Shown here: piece after piece, positions 52,858-61,620 of the stretch
Position numbering within the stretch: position 1 is the stretch's first letter
Layout of the letters: every line of letters begins with the position of its first letter
DNA from: an uncultured candidate division Zixibacteria bacterium
GTDB lineage: Bacteria; Zixibacteria; MSB-5A5; GN15; PGXB01
Assembly (NCBI GenBank): GCA_963702205.1
Contig: OY969724.1
Coordinates: forward strand, 448,001 to 512,000
Direction: 5' to 3'
DNA length: 64,000 bases
The notes under the pieces: model-generated
The model's input: only the letters and a program-made list of their open reading frames with translations
The model's database searches: none
What the model was told of the DNA's origin: nothing
Program-made: the position numbers and the translations under genes

Positions 52858-55800
52858 CTATATCGTCATCCAGAAGTCGCGGGGATACAGACGGTATATC
52901 GGGCGCTGGCCCTCAACCGAATTGACATACTCCTCGAACGACTTAAACTGTGCTTCCGGACCGATTATGAACATTGTCCCGTCGTCCATATCCTTGAGAG
53001 GGTTCCCGAGACCGACCAGCAGTCGACCATACACTTTATCCTGCCTGTTCAGAATCTCTTTGTACAGATCAGGACGCTGCCGCAGTTTCAGTACTTTCTT
53101 GTTGTATGCCGCAATACGCTCGGGCGTGATGCCGTCGGCCAGGTCGGCCGCCATTTGCATCCCGCGCGATTCGTACTTGGATGCCGCCCGGCTGGCCTGG
53201 AACATCTGCGCCACGCAATAATCGTCCATGGTCGAATCGGTATCGTTTTCCTTGACGACGCCAACCACGAACCGCATCGTCGCCGCGATATCGGGACAGC
53301 GCTCGGCGTAGTAGGACATCCGGCCCGAGGCTCCGATACCGTAGCCGTTGCTGTACGCCAGACCCGCTCCCCAGGTCCGCATGAAGAGCGAATGGGCCGC
53401 GCCGCCGGTGAACAGTTCCCCGGCCAGACGATTCAGTATGGCGTCGTCGCTGGTGTCGTACATATCGGCGTACTTCGCCGACCCCATCAAAACGCCGTTG
53501 TTGGTACCGTCGAAAACGAGACCGGCATACGACGGCTTGTTCGCGTCGGGTTGACGGCTTTTCAGACGATCAATTATGCGCAGGTTGTCGGCATAGTTCT
53601 GGCGCACCGACGGTGCGGCACTCAGGCTTGAGGCGAAAGTATTGATATCGTCCATCGCTGCCTTACGGTCGGTCGAATTGGATATCAAGTACATTCTGGC
53701 ATTGTCGGCGTGCGTGATAAGAGCAACGACTCCCTTGATATCATCGAGCGCCTTCTGCGGCGGCACGGCAATATCATTCTTGATCGTTTTGCAAAGGAAC
53801 ACCCAGTCTCCGGCGAGGTTTTCATCGGGGATATCGGCCAGACAGGTGCGAATGGATTTGGCCGCAAAAACGACGTTCTCTTTGGTCTTGTCGGAAAGCT
53901 TCTCGAACATCGGCTCGATGGCAAAGGTGTCGGTGCCGCCGCTTTCGTCGGCCAGGTGATCGAGCACACCGAGGATTGCTTCACGATCCTTTACTTTACC
54001 GTACTCCGACAGAGCATTCATAAAGCCGTTCCATTCCGCCGTTTGCCGGGCGTCGCCCGGATCGGTCAAAAGACAGCGTATGCGCTGAATATTGAAGGCG
54101 CGCGTCAGGAAGTTGCCGGTCGCCAGCATTATCGGATTGTTCTGATAACGATAGGCCGCGGAAACTTCATCGACCCAGTACTCTTCGTACGATTTAGTAC
54201 GATTGCGATTGTTGTTCTCGCTCTGGTCCAGAAAATCGTGAATGCGCGGAAGGTTGTCGACGCTCAGGTACGGTGAGTCGAGCGTCGTTTTCATCCAGTG
54301 CAGGACATTCTTGACTTCACCAAGATCGCCGCCCTTGCCGGTCATGGTCAGTTCATACCTTCCGGTCATGGCATTTTGATCGAAACCCGCCCCGAACGAA
54401 ATAACTTCGTTGCGCAGGCGGTCTTCCATCTCTTCGTACTTAACCGGTTTGCCGTCCTCGACAACGCCGATTTCGGTCAAAAGCCCCGGCAGAGCGCTCA
54501 GGTAAACCAGCTTGTCTGCGGGCACGACGTCGAGGCGCAACGCCAGACCCACCGTCACGGAATTCATGTTCTCGAACGTCGACGCAACCATCGGCACTTT
54601 TCCCGTCAGATCGAGGACGTCATACTTGAGATTATCGTCCAGCGTCAGAGGCGGATTATCGGTGAAACCGGGCAGGTCCTGTTTGGCGGCGATTTTATCC
54701 AGTTCCGCCGTGGTCGAATCGAATTCGGCTTTGTAATCCGCAAGCGCGGTCTGTTCGTCGTCGGTACCGTACTTCTTTTCGAAATTCTTGACGTAACCAT
54801 CAATGCGCTCTTTTTTGGCCTCGGCCGTGGCCGCCAATATATCGCTGCTCGGTGACGCCCCGACGGCGTACGGTTTAAACGTCAGCCATTTCCATTGATC
54901 GATATAATCGCGCCAGAAATTATTACCGGTCGCCAGCATGCTGTCGGCATAATCGAAATGCTCTTTCGACACCAGCGACTTGCGGAAGGCGGTTTCTTTT
55001 TCCAGCGATTGCATGATCCCCAGCCAGGCACCGGCCGGTCCGCTGCGGAAACCGAACATCGGCGGGGAATTGAGATTGTCTTCGATCTGTTTACGGCTCT
55101 GTACCACGTGTGATTTGATTTCTTTGTTGAACTCGGCCAGTTCCGGGGAATTGTCCGGAAAGTCGTGTATTCTCTGCAGTTCACCGAGGATCATCGTCCG
55201 GATACTGTCGAGAATCGGCTTGGTGACATTGGCGTTGTCTATCCCCTCGACTCCTATAAAGAGCGGTTCTCCCGGATACTCGGTCAGCCAGGTCCAGACG
55301 GAATTGGCACCGATGTCGGTCTGGCGGGTTTCGGAGTTGACGAGTAACTTGTACAGGTTCGACGTCGATCCGTCACCGAAGACGGATAAAAACAGGCTGG
55401 CCATGGTTTCATTCAGTCCGTCCAGTTTCAACTGCGCCGGCCAGGCGTAGTACAGACGGCCCTTGTCTTCATCGCTTTGTGACGGGTAATTCACCAACAC
55501 CATCGAGCCTTCGGGAGCGGCGTGAATGGCCGATATCGGATAACTGTCGATACCGACATAATCGCTGTGGGTCGGTTCTTTCTGGCAGCGTTTCAGAATT
55601 TCGTTCATGCGGGAAAGAAAATCCGCGACCGGCATATTGTCCGGGATGGAGACGATCACGCCCATATTAGCCAAATGATAGTGCTCAGCGATAAATTTCC
55701 ACATATCGGCCGGAACCATCTTGCGTATGGCCGACGGTTCACCGCCGGAACTATTGTAGATTTCATGACCGACACCGTACACCATGCTGTCGAGCGGATC

Positions 55801-56412
55801 GAAATAGTACTTCCACGGTTTTTCGTAGTACGTCACCATTTCGGTATAAACCGTGCCCTTTTCGTCGAGCGACAGCTTACCCGTTTCAGTATCTTCATTG
55901 ACGCCGATATGACACACTTCGCGGCGGATTTCTTCATCGGTAAAATCCGGGTGGAGGAAAGCCATCAGCTTGGCTTCGAAAATATTATAAAAGGATTCCG
56001 GCCCGGCTTTGGCGTTAAAATGAAAACAGGTCCTCACCTGCGATGTATAAGCCGTGCTCCGGCCGAGCGACATATTCTCCAGAGTCGAGACATAGCGCCC
56101 GCGGTTGCCTTTACCCAGCAACAGGTGTTCGCAGGTATGCGGACGGCCCATACTGGTCGTGGGCGGCGTTTTAACCCAGAAAAATGCCTGAGGCACCGAC
56201 TGGATCTGCAGCAGGTCGATAATGAATCCATAATCGCTGGATATAAATCGCGCCCCCATGGCCCGGTCCGAACCCGTGACATACAGGTTTTTGACGACAA
56301 AGCCGTTGACTTCCTGGTCCGGCTTCAGGCTCTCCAGATAATCGCCGGAGCCGACCACGCTGGTCGCCGCCAACGCGGCCAGAAGAACCAGCAGTACTTT
56401 CACTTTTCTCAT
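52858..56412 (-). CDS. Secreted M16 (insulinase/PreP-like) metallopeptidase
   Basis: Signal peptide; HTCEHLL (HxxEH), KGTVYTEM, SSGGEP, GLAYS motifs. Confidence 0.8.
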   Translation of the reverse strand: MRKVKVLLVLLAALAATSVVGSGDYLESLKPDQEVNGFVVKNLYVTGSDRAMGARFISSDYGFIIDLLQIQSVPQAFFWVKTPPTTSMGRPHTCEHLLLGKGNRGRYVSTLENMSLGRSTAYTSQVRTCFHFNAKAGPESFYNIFEAKLMAFLHPDFTDEEIRREVCHIGVNEDTETGKLSLDEKGTVYTEMVTYYEKPWKYYFDPLDSMVYGVGHEIYNSSGGEPSAIRKMVPADMWKFIAEHYHLANMGVIVSIPDNMPVADFLSRMNEILKRCQKEPTHSDYVGIDSYPISAIHAAPEGSMVLVNYPSQSDEDKGRLYYAWPAQLKLDGLNETMASLFLSVFGDGSTSNLYKLLVNSETRQTDIGANSVWTWLTEYPGEPLFIGVEGIDNANVTKPILDSIRTMILGELQRIHDFPDNSPELAEFNKEIKSHVVQSRKQIEDNLNSPPMFGFRSGPAGAWLGIMQSLEKETAFRKSLVSKEHFDYADSMLATGNNFWRDYIDQWKWLTFKPYAVGASPSSDILAATAEAKKERIDGYVKNFEKKYGTDDEQTALADYKAEFDSTTAELDKIAAKQDLPGFTDNPPLTLDDNLKYDVLDLTGKVPMVASTFENMNSVTVGLALRLDVVPADKLVYLSALPGLLTEIGVVEDGKPVKYEEMEDRLRNEVISFGAGFDQNAMTGRYELTMTGKGGDLGEVKNVLHWMKTTLDSPYLSVDNLPRIHDFLDQSENNNRNRTKSYEEYWVDEVSAAYRYQNNPIMLATGNFLTRAFNIQRIRCLLTDPGDARQTAEWNGFMNALSEYGKVKDREAILGVLDHLADESGGTDTFAIEPMFEKLSDKTKENVVFAAKSIRTCLADIPDENLAGDWVFLCKTIKNDIAVPPQKALDDIKGVVALITHADNARMYLISNSTDRKAAMDDINTFASSLSAAPSVRQNYADNLRIIDRLKSRQPDANKPSYAGLVFDGTNNGVLMGSAKYADMYDTSDDAILNRLAGELFTGGAAHSLFMRTWGAGLAYSNGYGIGASGRMSYYAERCPDIAATMRFVVGVVKENDTDSTMDDYCVAQMFQASRAASKYESRGMQMAADLADGITPERIAAYNKKVLKLRQRPDLYKEILNRQDKVYGRLLVGLGNPLKDMDDGTMFIIGPEAQFKSFEEYVNSVEGQRPIYRLYPRDFWMTI

Positions 56413-56506
56413 CGAGACACGTCCTTTATGTATCAGATTGATTAAATTTCACTACCAGATTTCATATATAATCAAACGGTCTGAATTAGTAAATATCCAG
56501 GGCGAA

Positions 56507-58282
56507 TTAATAATAATACCAGATTGTCTCATATTCCGATATATCCTCACCGATTTGTTTAAGGCGCTGCAAATATGAGAGCACCGGCACGTCCATGCCA
56601 ACGTAATTTTTGAACCCGCCCGCCTTCGGCTCCCAGGGATGAAACTCATAAACCCGCGAACCATCGGGCAAAATGGATATTACGTCATGGTGCTGCGACG
56701 AGCGCAGGTAGTTTTTGCCGAGACCGGGGACGTTGTAAACCGGCTCATCGGTCCGAGTCAGACCCGGCAGCAACCGCGCTTCTTCGTTCACTTCCTGTAA
56801 CAAGCGGGCGATCGGGACTATGTAATTGGCCGTCTCGTGTTTGCCTTTGCAGTTGAATAAATAGTACGGATCGATTCCGATCCGCCGCAGAATCTGTCTC
56901 AACAGAGCCGATTCGAACCGTCGCGAATTATAGAACGTAAACACCTGTTGATTATAGACGGGTATGCCCGCCTCCCGGCATTTGGCCACGGCCGCGGCGG
57001 TATCGGGAGTGATCTCGTACGGGTGCTCGACGTGCGTCACCAGAGAAATGCTGCGTTGTCCGGGCTTGATGTGCCTTTTTAATATGTCTATAAGTTCGTC
57101 GGTGAGGCGCATCGGAACCGTCACGGGCGTCCGGGACCCGATGCGGATGTGTCGGATCGATTTGATTTTCGAAACCCGTTCCAGCAGAGCGTTGATGGTC
57201 CGGTCGTTCAGGGCAAACGGGTCGCCGCCGGTGATAAGCAGTTCGTGTACAGCCGGATGGTCGGCAATCCACGTCAGAGCCTCTTCGATATTTTTCGATG
57301 ACGCCAGCGCGCGGGGTGTCATGGCGCTGTCGATTTCCCAGTTGCGCTGACAGTACACGCAAATTTGAGGACAGGTATTGTATGGCTTAAAAATGGCGAT
57401 GCCGGGATAGCGTCGGGTGATCAGGTCGACCGGCGAGGTCTGGCTTTCCAGCATGAAATCAAACGCGCATTCGCGGTCGTTGCGGTGCGCTTTCATTACC
57501 TCGATATAATTGGACGGCGGAAAAACCTGGGCGCGGATTGCCATGTCGCCGGAGTGCTTTTTATTATCCATCAAAGACAAATAGTACGGCGTCACCCCGA
57601 ACGGCAAACCGGCCTCACGGGCTTTGGCGATGTTTTCTTTTTCCTCTCTGGTCAGCGGAACCAGTTTCTCGAGGACCTTTAAATCTTTGACAACTTTCTT
57701 GAACTGCCAGCGCCAGTCATTCCATTCCGATTCGGAGGCACCGAGTGCGCTTAAGATACGTTTACGGTTCCGCTTGCGGCGCTCGATTACATCGGATTGC
57801 AGGCCGTGGGCGTATCGGGTCATGCGTTTTTCGACGCGCTCCCAGATTTTATCCAGTTCCCGAGAGCGCATGAGGGCTTCTTCCCTCGGCGTTTCCGTAT
57901 CGCTCGTGGCATAGTCGGCCGGCGAAGCGCCCGGACCGCGTCCCTGCATGCCCATAATCAGATATATCATTTCGGCGTAAAAGCCGGGTTGTAGATCGGT
58001 GCGGCTTTTTCCCCGCGCCAGGTCGAACAGGGCGCGGGCGACACTGAACCCGGAGAGCTTGTCTGACTTGGGTGTCACGATGGTCCTGAATACTTTGACA
58101 CAGTCGCGAACGCGGACGATATTTCGCACGGTCGGCTCGATATCGCCCGAATAAAAGTCGAATTGATAGCGCGATGCCCGGAGAAACAATCGCTCCCGGG
58201 CCACTTCAAAACTGTGAGTGGCCCCGGCAATGCGAAATATCGATCCAGCTTCCGATTCCAGTCTTTCGCGAGTGTATTCCAA
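56507..58282 (-). CDS. KamA-family radical SAM enzyme (lysine 2,3-aminomutase-like) with N-terminal extension
   Basis: WNDWRWQ, TPYYLSL, RRYP, CPQICVYC, LLITGGDP, RIGSRTPV, PYYLF, PGLGK. Confidence 0.88.
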   Translation of the reverse strand: MEYTRERLESEAGSIFRIAGATHSFEVARERLFLRASRYQFDFYSGDIEPTVRNIVRVRDCVKVFRTIVTPKSDKLSGFSVARALFDLARGKSRTDLQPGFYAEMIYLIMGMQGRGPGASPADYATSDTETPREEALMRSRELDKIWERVEKRMTRYAHGLQSDVIERRKRNRKRILSALGASESEWNDWRWQFKKVVKDLKVLEKLVPLTREEKENIAKAREAGLPFGVTPYYLSLMDNKKHSGDMAIRAQVFPPSNYIEVMKAHRNDRECAFDFMLESQTSPVDLITRRYPGIAIFKPYNTCPQICVYCQRNWEIDSAMTPRALASSKNIEEALTWIADHPAVHELLITGGDPFALNDRTINALLERVSKIKSIRHIRIGSRTPVTVPMRLTDELIDILKRHIKPGQRSISLVTHVEHPYEITPDTAAAVAKCREAGIPVYNQQVFTFYNSRRFESALLRQILRRIGIDPYYLFNCKGKHETANYIVPIARLLQEVNEEARLLPGLTRTDEPVYNVPGLGKNYLRSSQHHDVISILPDGSRVYEFHPWEPKAGGFKNYVGMDVPVLSYLQRLKQIGEDISEYETIWYYY

Positions 58283-58404
58283 ACCTATCCTCTTCGGGCA
58301 TAAACCAACCCTGAATTCACGAACTAATCAATGCGGGATAACTGAGGTTAATCCATTATAATAAATTACGACTGATTTATCAAGTTGTTGCGAGGAGAGA
58401 CTCG

Positions 58405-58560
58405 ATCCCTGGGTGCGGGAACGCCCAGCTTATCATGTTCTGTCGGGTCCTGCGTCCCGATTTATCGGGGCGTGTGACCCGACAGTCTTAAAGGCAATTG
58501 AAACAAAACGACCCGTCAGGTGACAATCCCGACTTCGTCGAGATCAACACCTGACGGAAC
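58405..58560. repeat. REP-like hairpins shared with the MITE interior
   Basis: GTCGGGTC..GACCCGAC and CCGTCAGGTGACAAT..CAACACCTGACGG, similar to 22137-22180. Confidence 0.75.
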
Positions 58561-58578
58561 ATATAGGGCTATTGCAGA

Positions 58579-58878
58579 TTATCCCGGGTCGAAGTCCTCT
58601 TTCAAATCGACCACGGTCGCACCCCAGGAGCCGCCCGACGATTCGTGGCGGTACGAGCGCACCGCCGGATGCTTTTCGAGAATCGATTGCACTATGGCTC
58701 TTAAGACGCCGGTCCCTTTGCCGTGCACTATTCTCAGGTGATATATCTTTCGCCTAAGACACTCCTCGATATAGTCCGGCACTAGCTGTTTGACGTCTTT
58801 GGGCGAGAACGTGTGCAGGTCGAGCGTGCCGTCGATTGGCAAAGGGGTGGGGTTGTCGTCGTCATCGTACACGCACAA
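58579..58878 (-). CDS. Smr/MutS2 domain protein
   Basis: LDLH, IVHGKGTGVLR, GSWGATVV. Confidence 0.9.
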   Translation of the reverse strand: MCVYDDDDNPTPLPIDGTLDLHTFSPKDVKQLVPDYIEECLRRKIYHLRIVHGKGTGVLRAIVQSILEKHPAVRSYRHESSGGSWGATVVDLKEDFDPG

Positions 58879-58926
58879 TTATAGCGGCACAATAAAGATT
58901 TAACAATGGATTAGTCTGAAAGAAAA

Positions 58927-59283
58927 TTAAAGAAGATCGCCGAGAAGTTTCTCGATATCGGACATCATAAACGGCTTGTTCAGAAAACCGTCGGCCTTTT
59001 CCCGGACAATATCGGAATCGACGTCATCGACGGAGTACCCTGAAATGAGCACGACCGGCAGTTCGGGGCGTTTTTCTTTGACGGCCTGCAGCAGTTCCAG
59101 ACCGGTCATGCGCGGCATACGCATATCGGTGATAACCATCGCCACTTCGCTGTCGTCTATCTTCGTCAAGGCATCGACCCCGTCGTCGGCGCGAACCGCC
59201 TGATAATCAAAAACTTCCAGCATCTCCACGAGGAGGCTGGACATATTCGGGTTGTCGTCGACTATCAAAATTGTTTTTGCCAT
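58927..59283 (-). CDS. Single-domain response regulator (CheY-like)
   Basis: IVDDN, TDMRMP, ISGY, NKPF. Confidence 0.92.
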   Translation of the reverse strand: MAKTILIVDDNPNMSSLLVEMLEVFDYQAVRADDGVDALTKIDDSEVAMVITDMRMPRMTGLELLQAVKEKRPELPVVLISGYSVDDVDSDIVREKADGFLNKPFMMSDIEKLLGDLL

Positions 59284-59325
59284 AATTGTCCTTTAGGCTC
59301 TATAGTAATCTTAATCGGTAAAAAT

Positions 59326-60435
59326 TCAGGAGACTTTATATTTATATGCCCCAAAACGCTTTAATCTCAGAGTTAATTCCTCTTTAAGCCCGTCCAGACC
59401 GGTTTCATGGAGGGCTGAGATTAAAAAGGTCCGGTTTGAATCACCGGAGACGGGAAGGCGGTCTTTGACCTGGTCTATTTTATTGTATATCAACAGCTTT
59501 TCTATATTTCCGGCCCCGATTTCGCCCAAAACGACCTTTGTCTGGCGTATTTTTTCCTCACAATTTCGGTCTGAAAAATCAATGACGTGCAGAAGGAGGT
59601 CGGCATAGGTTACCTCTTCAAGGGTCGATTTGAAAGATTCAATCAATTGCGTCGGCAGCTTTTTAATAAATCCGACTGTGTCGGTAAAAATTATCTTGTC
59701 CGGATATCCCTGCGACATAACCCGCGAGGTCGAATCGAGAGTAGTAAATAACTGATTGGCGGTAGACACGTTGGATCGGGTCAGCTTGTTGAAAAGGGTC
59801 GATTTCCCGGCATTGGTGTACCCAATCAAAGAGACCTTGAACAGGTCCTGGCGGCTCTTGCGCTGGATTTCGCGCTGGGTGGACAGCTTCTCAATTTTTT
59901 TCTTGAGCGAGGCGATCTTGGTGCGGACCTGGCGACGGTCCGTTTCGAGCTGCGTTTCACCCGGACCGCGCGTCCCGATCCCGCCGTGCTGACGAGAAAA
60001 GTGGCTCCAGAAGCCGGTCAGACGGGGCAGCATGTATTCCAGCTGAGCCAGCTCCACCTGAAGCTTGGCGGCGGCGGTGCGGGCGTGCTGCGCGAAAATA
60101 TTCAGGATCAGCATCGAGCGGTCGATGACCTTGATCTCGAAGACATTCTCGAGATTCCTCTGCTGCGCCGGAGATAAAGGATCGTCGAAAATCACAAGGT
60201 TGGTCCCATTGGATTCGACCGCTTCGTGAACCTGTTCCACAAAGCCTTTACCTATGTAAAATTTGGGATCGATGGCCCGGGTCTGGATGAAGGTGTAGTC
60301 CACCAGGGCTCCGGCGGAGACGGTCAATTCGTTCAGTTCGGCGATGGATTCTTCGACGCCCACGCGGTCGAGCGAATTGCGGGCCAGGCCGACCAGAATG
60401 GCCCGTTCTGCGGGGCTTTTGATGGTTTCTGCCAT
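59326..60435 (-). CDS. hflX: Ribosome-splitting GTPase HflX
   Basis: RGPGETQLETDRR, GYTNAGKST, LFTTLD, DTVGFI, NKID. Confidence 0.96.
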   Translation of the reverse strand: MAETIKSPAERAILVGLARNSLDRVGVEESIAELNELTVSAGALVDYTFIQTRAIDPKFYIGKGFVEQVHEAVESNGTNLVIFDDPLSPAQQRNLENVFEIKVIDRSMLILNIFAQHARTAAAKLQVELAQLEYMLPRLTGFWSHFSRQHGGIGTRGPGETQLETDRRQVRTKIASLKKKIEKLSTQREIQRKSRQDLFKVSLIGYTNAGKSTLFNKLTRSNVSTANQLFTTLDSTSRVMSQGYPDKIIFTDTVGFIKKLPTQLIESFKSTLEEVTYADLLLHVIDFSDRNCEEKIRQTKVVLGEIGAGNIEKLLIYNKIDQVKDRLPVSGDSNRTFLISALHETGLDGLKEELTLRLKRFGAYKYKVS

Positions 60436-60574
60436 TAATGTAATATATACGATTATTGGATTTTTCGGACAAAATTTTATGTGACTGCACCAGAAAATTC
60501 CATATTTATGGCCTAAATGATTAACCTGCTAATTTCGATATCAATACCGGCCGATTAATTTATAGAAAGCCTTT

Positions 60575-61516
60575 ATGACAAAGAAAGCCATGACAATGAA
60601 ATCATACAGGACAATCTCGACGGCCCTGGTTCTGGCCACTATTCTCTTAAGCGTATTTTTAATCGGCATACTATCGGCCGGGCAGCTCAAATGCGATTAT
60701 TGCAAAAAAGACATCACCGGGCAATACGTTCAGTCCAACGGAAAAAATTATCACGCCGACTGTTATGAAAAACATATCGCCCTGCGCTGCGATCTTTGCG
60801 GACGGGTTATCAAGGGCGAATATATCGTCGACAGCTGGGGCAATAAGTACCATAAGGAACACGAGCGCTCGGTCCCGGCCTGCCAGTACTGCGGGAGGTT
60901 GATCTCGGAAAGAACCAGTCGCGGCGGGACCGTCTATTCCGACGGTCGGTATGTCTGCGGATATTGCCTCGCCGATGCCGTCGGTGATATGACCACCGCG
61001 CGACGGATTATGAAGTCGGTCAAAGAAAAGCTCGGGCTGGCCGGGATTAATATCGAAAACGGTGCCGTCAAGCTTACCCTCACCGACCGCGACGGTCTCC
61101 GGCATATATCGTGGACGGGCCACTCCGACGAAAGCGGTCTGACCAAGTACACCGAGCAGACCATCGACGGCGTCTGCATCGTACGCAATTTCGAAATTTT
61201 CATTTTAAAGGGTATGCCCCGCATCGTGTTTACTGAAATCATCGCCCACGAGCTTATGCATGTCTGGCTTTATACGAACGCTTCCAAAAAACTGGCGCTG
61301 GCTCTATCTGAAGGCAGCTGCAATTATGCATCGTTTATTATTCTCAATCAGAGTTATGGCACCATGGCCGAATTCGAACTCGGCAACCTGCTGACCAATC
61401 CCGATCCCATTTACGGCGATGGCTTCCGCCGGGTGAAACGGCTTGTCAGCGATAAAGGCGTCGCCTGGTGGCTCGAATATTTAAAATCCAGCGTCGATTT
61501 CGCACAGGGCTATTAA
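60575..61516 (+). CDS. Exported LIM-like zinc-finger plus DA1-like zinc metallopeptidase
   Basis: Signal peptide; CDYC..HADC, CDLC..HKEH, CQYC..CGYC; HELMH and SEGSC; YGDGFR. Confidence 0.75.
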   Translation: MTKKAMTMKSYRTISTALVLATILLSVFLIGILSAGQLKCDYCKKDITGQYVQSNGKNYHADCYEKHIALRCDLCGRVIKGEYIVDSWGNKYHKEHERSVPACQYCGRLISERTSRGGTVYSDGRYVCGYCLADAVGDMTTARRIMKSVKEKLGLAGINIENGAVKLTLTDRDGLRHISWTGHSDESGLTKYTEQTIDGVCIVRNFEIFILKGMPRIVFTEIIAHELMHVWLYTNASKKLALALSEGSCNYASFIILNQSYGTMAEFELGNLLTNPDPIYGDGFRRVKRLVSDKGVAWWLEYLKSSVDFAQGY

Positions 61517-61620
61517 AAACCCGGCCGGGTTTAATTCGTTGACGTATTATGATTTAACCGTATATTGTGGTTGTGCGGAGATAGCTCTATGACCTACTCG
61601 CCCGTAAAGGGGTTTAAAAA

